64,000 bases of DNA from contig NMRA01000269.1 of NCBI GenBank assembly GCA_002633005.1, positions 217,083 to 281,082 of the forward strand, read 5' to 3'. Under the pieces are notes generated by a model. It saw nothing but the letters and a program-made list of their open reading frames with translations. It had not been told where the DNA came from and did not search any database. The DNA is from Phoronis australis (lineage: Eukaryota; Animalia; Phoronida). A program made the position numbers and the translations under genes. Below, piece by piece: positions 27,193-40,500 of the stretch (the stretch's first letter is position 1; the number at the start of each line of letters is the position of its first letter).

Positions 27193-28739
27193 GTGCAACA
27201 CGTGTAGACTGTGTGATTGTCTTACTGGCTTATCTTCTAAAACAGAGGCCGCAAATTAACGCACTAAAAAGTCCAAAAACTGAAATATTTGCGATTCGTT
27301 GTTTTTATTTTAATATTTTCTCTGTCAAATTTACCATCAAAGAATGTTTTCAAAACAATACTCATTAGAGAACTTCCACTTGACTAAGCTGATCATCACA
27401 GTATCAATCGGGACTGCAATTTAATTCAATTTAGTTATAAATGAACAATTAGGAGACTGAGTCTAGTCCACCAATCTGTGTGATGAAGACGGGTAATCTG
27501 CACTACAGTCGTGGTGTTGGCCCCTCGGGGAAATGCTCGCCAGATATAATTGAATTAGTAGCAATTTCACCGATGAGTGAAATGCTAAAAAGCGAATTGG
27601 TTCCGAAGCCAAGAGATTAATCAATAACGTATTACAATTTGTAATTTAGCACAGTCAGGTCCATTGCTCCTGAGCGATTTTGAGAAGGAATTCCAGAGAG
27701 ATGTGCGCAAAAGTCAGAGTTGGTAGCATGGCTAATGTTCTCGATCCCGGTAATGTCTCAAAAAGTTGCCACACGCAGTTGAAATGTTCATGAAGAGCCA
27801 GAGAAAGATAACAATTACGGGAAATAAACGCGTGCGAACATTGATAATTTACGGTGTGCTTAACACGTCAGNTCGAACTAAACGGCTTAAAACTCGAAGA
27901 AAATAACAGAATAATCTCTGCTACCGTATTGGGCAAATGGCCAAACGACAAGCTATTGCCCCACTTCCCGTGACATCACAGTTGAGTCTCACATAATCTC
28001 GCGTTATTGTTATAAACTCGCAAAAGGACTATTGGACATGTTTCTAAGGTCCTCCATAACGTGCAACACGTGTAGACTGTGTGATTGTCTTACTGGCTTA
28101 TCTTCTAAAACAGAGGCCGCAAATTAACGCACTAAAATGTCTAAAAACTGAAATATTTGCGATTCGTTGTTTTTATTTTGATATTTTCTCTGTCAAATTT
28201 ACCATCAAAGAATGTTTTCAAAACAATACTCATTAGAGAACTTCCACTTGACTAAGCTGATCATCACAGTATCAATCGGGACTGCAATTTAATTCAATTT
28301 AGTTATAAATGAACAATTAGGAGCCTGAGTCTAGTCCACCAATCTGTGTGATGAAGACGGGTAATCTGCACTACAGTCGTGGTGTTGGCCCCTCGGGGAA
28401 ATGCTCGCCAGATATAATTGAATTAGTAGCAATTTCACCGATGAGTGAAATGCTAAAAAGCGAATTGGTTCCGAAGCCAAGAGATTAATCAATAACGTAT
28501 TACAATTTGTAATTTAGCACAGTCAGGTCCATTGCTCCTGAGCGATTTTGAGAAGGAATTCCAGAGAGATGTGCGCAAAAGTCAGAGTTGGTAGCATGGC
28601 TAATGTTCTCGATCCCGGTAATGTCTCAAAAAGTTGCCACACGCAGTTGAAATGTTCATGAAGAGCCAGAGAAAGATAACAATTACGGGAAATAAACGCG
28701 TGCGAACATTGATAATTTACGGTGTGCTTAACACGTCAG
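27163..28739. other. Assembly join: about 709-bp duplication (27163-27871 / 28031-28739) around N at 27872, with 158 bp unique to the second copy
   Basis: Near-identical direct copies, few SNPs. Confidence 0.9.
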
Positions 28740-29419
28740 ACTCGTCAAATTTCTCAGAATAAAAAGTAAAATACAATACGTCCGAAAAATGTACTCATAT
28801 TCCAGTACAACGCCGGAAGCTCAAATTCATTTCCTGTGGATGAGACCGCACAACTGGGCCTATCATAGAGATATATAGGTTATCCCACATACACGGGAAT
28901 ACTACTGTCATATCCTATCAAGAATTCGCTTCATCTGGAAATGTCCCAGATGTTATTCGTATTTCCACACATATGGGATAAAGAGACACACACATATATA
29001 TATAGAGTCTCCATGTCTATGGAGCCTCCTGTGTACTTTGCTGTGAACGTAGGCTCGTAAGCCGTCACGTGCTTTGTATGCACGGAAATGGCAGACAACG
29101 AAAATTTATTGCGCACTGGAAACTCAAAAACGTCAAGGAAGTGCAGACTGAGGCAATTAATCTTCTCCCCAAGTTAATAAACAGTGCATTTATTTTGGTT
29201 TGTAGACGCAATTCCTTTTTCATCACCTCCTTATGAATTTAACCCAGTAATCTTGTTTCTTAGACAATAAACGACGCAGTTAATGTCATTTGTAGTGTGA
29301 GTACATTTTGGGAAACCCTGTATTTTAATTGAGCAATGCAATAATGTAACTTTAAGAACTCTTGGTACGCATTGCACTGTCTCTTTCCCTTAGAGAAAAC
29401 AATCCATCACAAGTATTGT

Positions 29420-29920
29420 TTTATTATTACTATTATTATTATTGCTATTGTTGTAGTTGTTGTTATTATTGTTGTTGTTGTTGTGGTGGTTGTTATTGTC
29501 ATTATTATTATTATTATGTTATAGTCGCATCTTTGGTTCTCTTGTAGTGTCCACACGAAGTGTAAAACAACATATAGCTAGCAATAAAACAACATTTGCT
29601 CAGTATCTGTTGAAACTTTGACTGCTGTTACGCTTGAATAACACCAGACATTGCTAGGTACTTTTAACACAGGAACACAGAGTGAGGGCAGTGAGAGTGG
29701 GGGGAGAGGGGGAGGGAGGGGAGAGAGGAGGGGAGAGGGAGAGAGGTAATACGTTTATTAACTAATATAACAATTACTGAAATACAATAAAAACACAGCT
29801 GTATATAAAAATATATATAATGCTGATATTAATTATTCTTAAAATAACCATGTAGTATGACAACTTGTATTGACAATGATGGTGATAACTGCAACAGCAA
29901 TCATAATAATAATGATGATG

Positions 29921-29960
<40 letters not shown>

Positions 29961-29975
29961 TAATAACGATATTAA
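29420..29975. repeat. Cluster of simple repeats: (TTA/TTG)n, GA-rich polypurine tract, (AAT/GAT)n
   Basis: Directly visible at 29420-29480, 29690-29746 and 29900-29970. Confidence 0.9.
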
Positions 29976-30788
29976 AACGATAATTATTGTGACAATTTTA
30001 AAAACGTTGGTGGTTATCAAAATCATTATCGACTAATTATTGATTGAAAATACATCCTACAACATTTGCCTCGCTAACAGTTAGTAGATTTCGTTTTGTA
30101 GAACTTGAAGGGTTTTTTAACCTTAATAGGTGGCGGCACTTGCAGAGGTACCTTCACACAGGCAGCACTTACCGCCAACACAGACAGATGGCGGACTTGA
30201 ATGCTATACCGTCACTGTTGGCATGCTCCAAACAATGGTTCAAGAACAGCATCGCTTATGCCATAGGAGGACCGAGCTTTTCGGAAACTTTACTCTTGTC
30301 CACTTTGATAACCTAGCGCTAGGACACTGAGATTTCGAGGTTAAAAGTAACATTGCAGGTGATACATACTTTTAAAACGTTTATAAAGTCTCCTTCTGTC
30401 ACAAAAACACCTTTTGATTGATACCACTTACCGTTATGAAATCGTTTTCAAATTGTTCCTTAGTTAAAATAAGCGTGGTTTTTAAAGCTTGGGAAGATCT
30501 GGCATTTCGCCCTTGCTTGAGATAACTATGCTCTGCGATTAGACTTGTCACGGCGTGTCATTATATTTGCCGAGCATTGTCTCGAGCAATAACGAGCTGT
30601 CAGTTCTTTACAAGACCAAAAATGACTTGGCATTTGATTAAGGAACAAGTTGACTCGAGTTTTACAGTAGTAAGTGATCTTAATCAAAAGCCAGTTTTCC
30701 TTGTGGAAAGGCAGGCTTATATAGCTGTAAAAATTGAAACAGAAAACCCCTACTGATATTTCAAATGCTCAATGGCACTTATACGTCT

Positions 30789-31400
30789 GTTACATTTTAC
30801 GTCAATGTTACATTTTACGTTGCTAGGCCTTTCCTAAAATGTAACAAATTGTTACATTTTATGTAACTGTTACATTTTGCGTCGAATGTATATGCGAAAA
30901 ATGTAACATTGTTACATTTTACGAAAGCGACGTCATATTTCATGAGTTTGCATGGTACTTGTCACACGGAAGGAAACGGTTTACGCACTTAACGGCTTTT
31001 GCTTGAATGAAACTTTATAAAATATGGCAGCTCGAATTTATAGATGTGTTTCTATGTGCTTTCCATTGTTTTTTTTGCATGTATAGTTTCTTAGTTTTGT
31101 CAAAAATGTACCCCGCGCAGTCTCAACTCCAGACGAAAGGAGTTTCCACGATCAGGTAACAAGTTTAAATGGGTAGGTATCCAAATTTTCGTTCGGCACC
31201 TCTCGTCCAAGAATACTTGAGTACTCCCGGCCGTGTCAGGCACCATTTGTTTGTGATTTTTGTCATTTAGTTTGTGATATGACCTTAGTTTTGTAAAATG
31301 TAACAATGGTACATTTCTGGCATGCGCATTCGACGTAAAATGCAACAATTAGGTAAAATGTAACAACTTGTTGCATTTTAGGAGAGGCTTAGCAACGTAA
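30789..31400. mobile_element. MITE with about 110-bp inverted arms built from GTTACATTTT motifs
   Basis: 30815-30925 is similar to the reverse complement of 31290-31400. Confidence 0.75.
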
Positions 31401-32174
31401 TTTTTTTGTCTTGATAGTGCTGAAGATACAAAAAAACAACGGATTTTTGTTTCATAGTTCTGATCAAAGCTAATAACTCCAAGAAGTTTATCTCATTCAA
31501 CAAAAATCCACTAAAGATGCGTTTTTCGGCCATAGAAATGATAATGTACCATTAAAAGAGCACTTGCGTTTGATCACATCTAGCGGCTTGATTTGTAAGG
31601 GTTGGACAACTCTGTCAAAACCAAATCGGACAATTTTTCATATTTGGTCAGTGTTCAGCAGCTCATCAACAACTAACGATAATCGGACATTAAGGGGCAC
31701 TGGTGTACTTTATTGCCACAAACTGTGCCTGATACGCGCGAATACGCGAGATTAGCATTGGCATTCTCGTTCAAAACATTTTTATCAACCATTACGTCAG
31801 CTGTCCATTGTCTTTAAGAAATAAAAACTTAACATTTACATGTATTATAAGTGGCGGTTGCTACCTCGCAAAGAAAGTGTGCATTGAATATCAAAACAGT
31901 TATTGTAATTCGTGACATTTCATTGTAATAAATCAGTTACGTTTGAACAGTAGCTTCCGATAAATCATCATTGCAGGTTGCATTGTCTGTGAAATTATAT
32001 TATTTCCATAACTGCTACAGCCGAGTATTAAAGTTCCCTCACCAATCCTGATTGGCACCATGATGACAATCCAAGGGCATAGAGACATTTCGTTTTAAAC
32101 TCAAAAACTGCTCTCTCGGGTTTATCAACGTTTATGTAAGCAATTTATGGTAAACCGTAAAAAACTCTGATATT

Positions 32175-32838
32175 AGAGAGGTTTCGCAAAGCAACGTGAA
32201 CGTGAATTGTCACGCATATATAATTCCGCGTTGTACATGCCATAGTTGGCTGTGACGTAATACGGATAGTGTTAGCGTATTTTCTATTCAGGGAGATTTG
32301 CGTCGCGTTAAACCTGTGGCTCCTTGTTAATTCTTATTTGGCAAGACATCGAAACGATTCTATTTTGATAGAGTTCTCATTCTTTCTTCTTTGCTTCAGT
32401 ATAAAATGAACATGATTCTTTTCATTGTATCCTTATTCTACCGGGGTTCGCTAGATATCATCGAACTAGAATGGATTTTTAACAGATATTATTGTGTGTT
32501 GTCAAACTTTTTACACGCTTAATTTACTGCTTGCATCTATTTATTTTAAATTGCAAATAAAATAAGAGTTGATTATTTTTCGCAGAGTTCGTCGAAACGG
32601 ACTTTTTCACATTCAACATATATTTCTATCTTGGGTAATATCAAGATGTCTAGTTATCGTAGTTCATATTATGTACTGCTATAACTGGACATCCGGAGCT
32701 CAGTTATTCAGTTCACTTTCACGATTACGTAAAAGTTTAGCTGTTGCGAAACTCACTTTTGTTGCTGTAACGTGAATCGGCACGCGCAAATAAGTATGCG
32801 TCATAATTCACGTTCACGTCGCTTTGCGAAACATCTCT
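32175..32838. mobile_element. PIF/Harbinger-like MITE with ATT target-site duplication
   Basis: agagaggtttcgcaaagcaacgtgaacgtgaatt ... aattcacgttcacgtcgctttgcgaaacatctct, ATT on both sides. Confidence 0.78.
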
Positions 32839-34361
32839 ATTATCTTCGGTTATGCCCATCCATTATTGGATTTGATTAATCAATTTTGGCGAAATCAAAC
32901 TCAAGCGCTTGACTTTTGTGACATAATCGGTTATTTCTCGACTTAATCAATCATCTGACCATTACCTCAAACCAACATTGCATCAGGCTTTTGTTGTCGC
33001 ACAGGTGATTTTGTGCAGAAGTAGTATATGCTACAGGCCCCGCGTTTTTTTGGAGCCCCAAGATCACAGCATTTTTAAAGGCACCAATACCAAACGTGTG
33101 CATATTTCTACGCCTATACGGAAGCACTGACCTCAAGTGATGGAGCTCTATTTGGAAAGTCTGTCGTTGTGTAGGGGATCCTCCATTTTCAATGTGTTTG
33201 GGCTCAAGGGTGCGGGGCCCTATTGAGTAAGCGGTGTTCAAATAATTGAAGGTGTCTTTCTGCTGCTCAAAGTTTAAACTTGGCTACAAAAAACACAGTC
33301 ATTAAAAATCCAGAGACTCGCCGAGACGCCAGGCATTCCTTCATTTTTAACCATTCTTGAATTTACAGTTTGGGTTTTGTTGAAATGCGGAGCTGCAAAA
33401 TCTGCAAAACATAAATTTGCGTAGAATTTGTATAGGGCTATTTGACAAAAATAACAGTTTTGATGTTATATTTGGTACATGCGAGGGGTTCCTAATTAGC
33501 GGTGAGAAAATAATTACGAAATCCTTCAATTTGATCAACAGCTATCGTTTCCCAGTGCCGAGATACACTGTCCCATCGTGTAGAAGCCGCCTCAATTGCT
33601 TTCTTTCTAAAAAGTGAAAATTACACCTAATTGGTTTCGCCTTGAGGTAATCGTTGTACGCCTTATTATTTAAGTGGGGGTCCCATGCTTCAGCTTAGGA
33701 TACTGGGACGGCAGTAGCTTAATCTGGCACTGGTGTGACAGGAAAGTTTCTATTTATTATCCAGCAACCAAAATAAACTAAAAATTTCGCTACTTCTATA
33801 ACCTGTTAATGGAAAAGGGGGGACGTTAAGAGAGCACCATCTACAATAAAAGTATTTGAAACATCAAGAATATTACATCGGCTCGGCTTTTCTGTGGTTC
33901 TTTTATATACTTTCGGATTTACAAAATGAATTTTTTTTGAAATACAGATAATATCAAAGACACGGTGACTGTGTGTGTGTAATAATATCAATTTCTGTGC
34001 TTCGGCAAAAAATCCATTTCAGTATAATAGAGTTGGTTACTGACACTTTTTAAAAAATGGAATTGGAAAAACCATCCTTTCACGGAGGTTTTTTTGGAAA
34101 AGGCACTCTTTTGTAGAGAAAGTGGTGATGGAAAAAGTAACGTCCCGCCATATACCTCTTTTATGAGAACACCCTTGCTCCCCACGGCTTGGTTCACTGA
34201 TCATCAGCCCAAAGCACAGTTGTAATCTTCTGTGTTTGGAGGTAAATTATGCAGTTCATTTCAAAACGTGTTTCGGGAAAGGGGAAAGGAAGGATTTGTT
34301 ACCCTTTGAGAACGAGTGTATTTTCTTGCTTTTAGCCGTATAAACCTTACACATTGGAACT

Positions 34362-34568
34362 ATGTTGCGTAGAGCCTCAAAGAGGGGCGCAGGCGTCACA
34401 GTAAATGCCTCTACGAAGGACAGTGATCGTCCAAAACGGACGAAAAACTCCCGAAATATCTTGGGAGTGAAGGCGAAAGGCAGCGCCGAAATGGAACTTG
34501 AGAAGCTTGTGTTCGGAGGTGAAAGTGAAATGCTGCAAGAGTTGGAAAAGCGAACTTACAAGAAACAA
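34362..34568 (+). CDS. UTP18: UTP18 exon 1
   Basis: ATG...[11 protein letters not shown]...KKQ|gtaaga. Confidence 0.88.
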
Positions 34569-37500
34569 GTAAGAAATTATTCAGACGTTTTCTTGGGGCA
34601 CAGGGATTTGTCCCTCCCCTCCCCCGCCACTCATGCCAAAGTTTCAACTTTTTAACTGCCGTTGAGGCGTTGAGTTACGTTTGGACCAAACTCGTTGCGC
34701 AAACTTGGTCTTTGGACCACACATTTTTGAGGTTCTCGGGGGGGGGGTTCTTTCTGTATGTATGTGTAAGTTATAGCTCCCAAGTAGAACCGTATTAGTA
34801 ATATGATAAGAGATCTGACATTTGGAAGGCTCTGTTTTGCCAGTTGGGACATGTGTTGGAATATACTTTGGTTTTCTCAAGGAGGAATATTAGGAATGCC
34901 AAGATTATCTAGAAATGACCTACAAGGCCATGACCTGCCCACTTGTTGAAAATTCTAGTAGTGTTTGGGACTCTTACACAGCTCGTAATATTGACAATTA
35001 GTGAAATGGTTCAGTGCAGAAGTACACATTATGCCATTCATAAGATCATACGTCATATCTAGTGTGTCATCTATGATCGACGAGCTGTCTAGGGAGTGTT
35101 GTGAATAGTATTTGCGGTGATGTCATGTATGTTTGAGTGAAGCGGGCAATTACTCTGTGGCTGACCAATCCAGATCCTGGAGTCACAGCTCAACCTGGCT
35201 TCATCCCTTAGTGGATTTCGTACAAATTAACCCGTACAAGACATAATGATCCCTGGTTTGAACCAGTTGCTTCTACTACTGAGTAGTTATGTGATGGTAC
35301 CTTAATCAATTTGTGTTTTATAAGATATTTGATTTTGTTTCGACTTCCGTTACAGAATGAAAAAAGGGAGGATGCTGTTAAAAAACCCGCTTGGGAAGAC
35401 GATGATGACAATGAGGCATACACGTAAGAGCCTTGTGCTACATAGTCTGCCGAGTCAAAACAGCCTTGTGCTGCAGTTATAGTCTGCCGAGTCATAACAG
35501 CCTTGTGCTGCAGTTATAGTCTGCTGAGTCAAAACAGCCTTGTGCTGCAGTTATAGTCTGCCGAGTCATAACAGCCTGGTGCTGCAGATATAGTCTGTTG
35601 AGTCAAAACGGCCTTGTGCTGCAGTTATAGTCTGTTGAGTCAAAACAGCATTGTGCTGCAGTTAAAGTGTGTTGAGTCAAAACAGCCTTGTGCTGCAGTT
35701 ATAGTCTGTTGAGTCAAAACAGCCTTGTGCTGCAGTTATAGTCTGTTGAGTCAAAACAGCCTTGTGCTGCAGTTATAGTCTGTTGAGTCAAAACAGCCGT
35801 GTGCTGCAGTTATAGTCTGCCGAGTCAAAACAGCATTGGGCTGCAGTTACAGTCTGTTGAGTCGAAACAGCCAGTGATGGTATTCCTGTAAGTGTTAGTT
35901 CAATAGATATGAATGTATCAGTCATTCCAATGAATCTTATGTCTGCTCAACTCTCTTAACTTGTTTGTGGTGTTACTATGAAACATAAATTCAGTAAAGG
36001 ATCATTTTTACCCAGAGTCATTTGTGTCTGTGTGTTGATTGAAAAGCGTAGGTGATTCTTGTTCTTAAACTTCCAGAGTAAAGGTGAAGGACAAACATGC
36101 GGCGCTGCAAAGACTTGGCAAGAAGATGTCTGGTCAGAAGTATACACAGCAACTGCGCAATGAGTGAGTGTTGTTGAACACAAACATTCTTTACGAGGGA
36201 TCTGAGAACTGCTTTAACGTTTTGTACGACTTTATGGACAACTCTGTGGGTTTAGCCAAATATCAACAAAACTAGATTTTAACTCGGTTGAGGATTTGAA
36301 AGTAGAAAGTCTGTTGAATTTGATTTTTGATTTTTTACCAGTCTCACTAATCTAGATATGTGATCGTGTCATTTTAGTTTAAATTAAATTAAGTCAAAAA
36401 GAAAGGTGTATTGATATCACAACAACAACGGTATCAATAACGTGATGGAGCAAATTTCGTTTGATGAATATAAATTTTCATTTTTGATAGTCCTTCGTGC
36501 AAGAATGGTTCATTTTACTACTTCCTAATGGCATTTTAGAGAAGTTTCGTAGAGCGCTACATGACCTTAACAGACAAGATACTGATGGTCGTATGTATTG
36601 ACTGTGCACAGGTGTTTGTGTTTTGTATGTCTGCTGTCGCCCAAATACATTTAATACCATAGAAATAAACAATTGCTCCCCATTCCCACACACTTTATGA
36701 CACTCTCTTTCTCTCTCTCCTACTCTCAACCCTTCCTCTATTTTATCCATCTATTCATTTCCATATTTAGTCACCTGTCCCCAATTTCTAACCCGACTTG
36801 GATGTCCTATCGGTCATTATTCTTCAAAATGTTATATTTGTTCTCAGCGTTTGAACGAATGAAAATCGAGTCAAAAGTGACTTGAAACTGTATTTGTGCG
36901 AGAAATTTTTTGCCCCAAGTGAAGCTCGCATACATAAGTTGGTTGTTTGCTCAACTCAGACAAAGTTTTGTGATAAACTTATTCTAGTTAGGCTTCTTCA
37001 GATTTAGTCGAATTTCGGCTTACTCCGACAAAGTCGCTCAGTCTGGTTGGATCCATCTGCAAGTTTTATTGAAATGCTACTGGTTGTTCATGTAATGTGA
37101 AAATATTGCTGTGTACAGGTTTGAAAAATTGGCTGGGACGCCATCATGGGCTACGCTTAAGTCTGACAGGAAGAATGAAGGTACGTTATTTTCTACTTCT
37201 AACTCAAAAAGCAATAATTAGGTCCAATTTATTTTACAACGCCTAGATCGTGCTAGTGCCTAGTTTGTGCAAGTGCGAGAAAATTAAATTGATCACTGCT
37301 GAAAATCTGTGCATCATGCGAGGTGTTACAAAATGTGAAGTCAAAGTTGAAAAGATTGGCGTACAAGTGAGAGCACCTGTAGTTCATGAAATTACGAGAG
37401 ATTACATGCCAAGTTTTCTGCGGCCTAAAATCTGCTACTTGAAACTATAACAAAACAAGATGGAGATGTATTGATTAACATGCTAAAGATACCACCATAG

Positions 37501-40500
37501 AACTAACTCAGTCTTGCAAACCCAGAAGTGTAAACTTGCTTTTCAGTACTCACTCGAAGAATTATTTCTTCTGACTAACGCAAAACAAAACAAAGTGAGA
37601 CTAACCACTGAAATACGTGCTTGTGTTTACGCAGGTTAAAATGTCACCAATTCCGGTCACAATAGGGTGGATTGTTGCAATTTTACTTTTCATTTTTTTC
37701 ACAAATGATACGTGCTACCAAAATATTGCTTTGCCATTGATATTCAAATTCTGCGCCGTAGCTAACAGTCACTATTTCGAAAAAATTGTTGGCTTCTCAG
37801 CAATGTTGAAAAATGAAAATGTACAAATTTTGCAATTGTCTTTCTCTGAAATTGGTGTGTTTTTACCCAGTCTCGTTGGTTGTGAGCCTGGTTTGTTTAC
37901 ATGCAATCTCACGAGGTTTTTACTGAGCATGCTATAACCTCTACTACCCGTGTCATATGTTTATTGCATCTCTAAACCTGTCTTGTAGGCGATGATGAAG
38001 ATGATGAACTACTAAGGCAAACAGGTGATCGCCTGGAGTCCTCCAGAAGTCTGCCTGCCACAGTGATTGAAGTGAACAAATGCACGGACATTAACAAATT
38101 GTCGGTTACCAAGGTAACAAAGTAACTGGAGTTTGGGGCTCTGAATGGTAGCTAACGTAGTCATAGGCACGTTTTTTAAAAATGGAACGCTGTACTTCAT
38201 AGAAGCGTTTAAGCGTTGCAACTGAAGTAAAGATTCAGAATTTGCTCGCTGATGCTTTGGTTGTTTCTTTGTGCTTTAAAATGAAAATGTGACTTACTCA
38301 ATCTGGTTGGAAATGTGTAGCTGTTATCAGATCACAAACAAAAAATTAAAGGAAACCATGGAACCAAAGAATTACGAGATCTTATTCAATCTATACCTCT
38401 GAACTAAAGGCAAGAGCCACTATGTGTGGAACATCACCTTCTTGTGTCTTTATGTTCCAAATCTCTTGCGATTCATTGTTGATTGTAACGTGGCGGCTGT
38501 TGTCGTGGATCTGATTTAGTCGTGGATATGTTTTTGCTTGAAAGTATGCTTGGTATCCCAAGAATTTTTAGTAGTCTTCATGTTTCTAATGAGAGACGAA
38601 ATATGAGATTTTTTGCGCTTCTGTTTTGTAGAACTTGGAATTCCACTGCAGGAGTTTGTTTGATTGATTGATTGATTGATTTAAAGTTGACTAACTATAA
38701 AAGTATAAAACAATACAAGACAAAACACTGATACAGTCGGACAGACAGACATGCAAATTAAGATAAGGATTACAAATCAAGACTAACCGTATAAGTAAAT
38801 GTTAAATAATACTGAAATGGACAATCAACGTACAGATGACATGAAAAAGTGTTTACTTATTTCCACTGTGGTCCGACAATTCTTGGTCAAGTTTCTCTTT
38901 ATTAAGAACGTGCTTCTGTACTCTCTGTTGGTCAATTTCAGGGAAAGTTAAGGTCGGTTGAGTTTCATCCATCCTCACAGGTGGCGCTTACAGCTGGAAT
39001 GGATCACAGACTGAATTTGTTTCAGGTATACAATGATTGGATACTTATCCATTCACATGTTTTTAGCGTGAAGGTTACAGGATACGCACCAAACGAGTTG
39101 GCAGCCCTGACATTATAAGTGATAATTAAAAGTTCTAATTGCTATCTTACCGAGGGATTTGCAATTGTTTTTAATGAGCAGGGTGAATTGATTGTGGACT
39201 TTGGAACCCTTTGAAGTAGGCCGTCGCCTCACATGGGACATTAAGATGTGTGGTATTATAGATCAAATTGCAGAATAACTAGCTAAACGTTGTGCCAAAG
39301 AATCAATAGTTGGAACCAATTACATGTTGTTGAGTGTAGAACAGGTCATTTGTTGCTTGTTTCATGAACACAAATGGTGTTTACTGATGCAATAAAAACT
39401 GCAAAAGCCAGATGTTTACTAACTCACTCAGAGTTCATTCTGCAGTTTGCTTGTTATAGTTTGAGCACTAGACCCTNTGTAGAACTTGCAATTCCACTGC
39501 AGGAGTTTGTTTGATTGATTGATTGATTGATTTAAAGTTGACTAACTATAAAAGTATAATACAATACAAGACAAAACACTGATACAGTCGGACAGACAGA
39601 CATGCAAATTAAGATAAGGATTACAAATCAAGACTAACCGTATAAGTAAATGTTAAATAATACTGAAATGGACAATCAATGTACAGATGACATGAAAAAG
39701 TGTTTACTTATTTCCACTGTGGTCCGACAATTCTTGGTCAAGTTTCTCTTTATTAAGAACATGCTTCTGTACTCTCTGTTGGTCAATTTCAGGGAAAGTT
39801 AAGGTCAGTTGAGTTTCATCCATCCTCCCAGGTGGCGCTTACAGCTGGAATGGATCACAGACTGAATTTGTTTCAGGTATACAATGATTGGATACTTATC
39901 CATTCACATATTTTTAGTGTAAAGGTTACAGGTTATGTACCAAACGAGTTAGCAGCCCTGACATTATAAGTGATAATTAAAAGTTCTAATTGCTATCTTA
40001 CCGAGGGATTTGCAATTGTTTTTAATGAGCAGGGTGAATTGATTGTGGACTTTGGAACCCTTTGAAGTAGGCCGTCGCCTCACATGGGACATTAAGATGT
40101 GTGGTATTATAGATCAAATTGTAGAATAACTAGCTAAATGTTGTGCCAGACAATCAATAGTTCCAACCAATTACATGTTGTTGAGTGTAGAACAGGTCAT
40201 TTGTTGCTTGTTTCATGAACACAAATGGTGTTTACTGATGCAATAAAAATTGCAAAAGCCAGATGTTTTCTAACTCACTCAGAGTTCATTCTGCAGTTTG
40301 CTTGTTCTAGTTTGAGCACTAGACCCTAAACCAGATTTTGTCTTGCTTGGAAAAATCTCTTCATCCAATTGGATTGGACTCCTCCACTGTAAAAATGTAT
40401 AGCTGGTTCTGGTTTGAGTTTCTTTTGAAATAGAGTCTGTGGTGCAGCTCACTTTCAAAAATAAGAAAATCCACCCGGGATGAGTTAAACTAATGTTATA

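Larger units (their letters stand above)
38627..40327. other. Assembly join: 850-bp duplication (38627-39476 / 39478-40327) around N at 39477, includes UTP18 exon 6
   Basis: Constant offset 851, roughly 20 substitutions by eye, both exonic ones synonymous. Confidence 0.9.

Noticed and set aside
29362-29547. Tyr/Cys-rich small ORF
   Set aside because: Translation of a TAT/TGT microsatellite.
30044-30316. 90-aa ORF
   Set aside because: Only a faint resemblance to a LINE ORF2 tail (FKNS...YAI); not supportable as a gene.
35429-35872. CRISPR-like array
   Set aside because: Contiguous tandem units with no unique spacers, in a eukaryotic intron.
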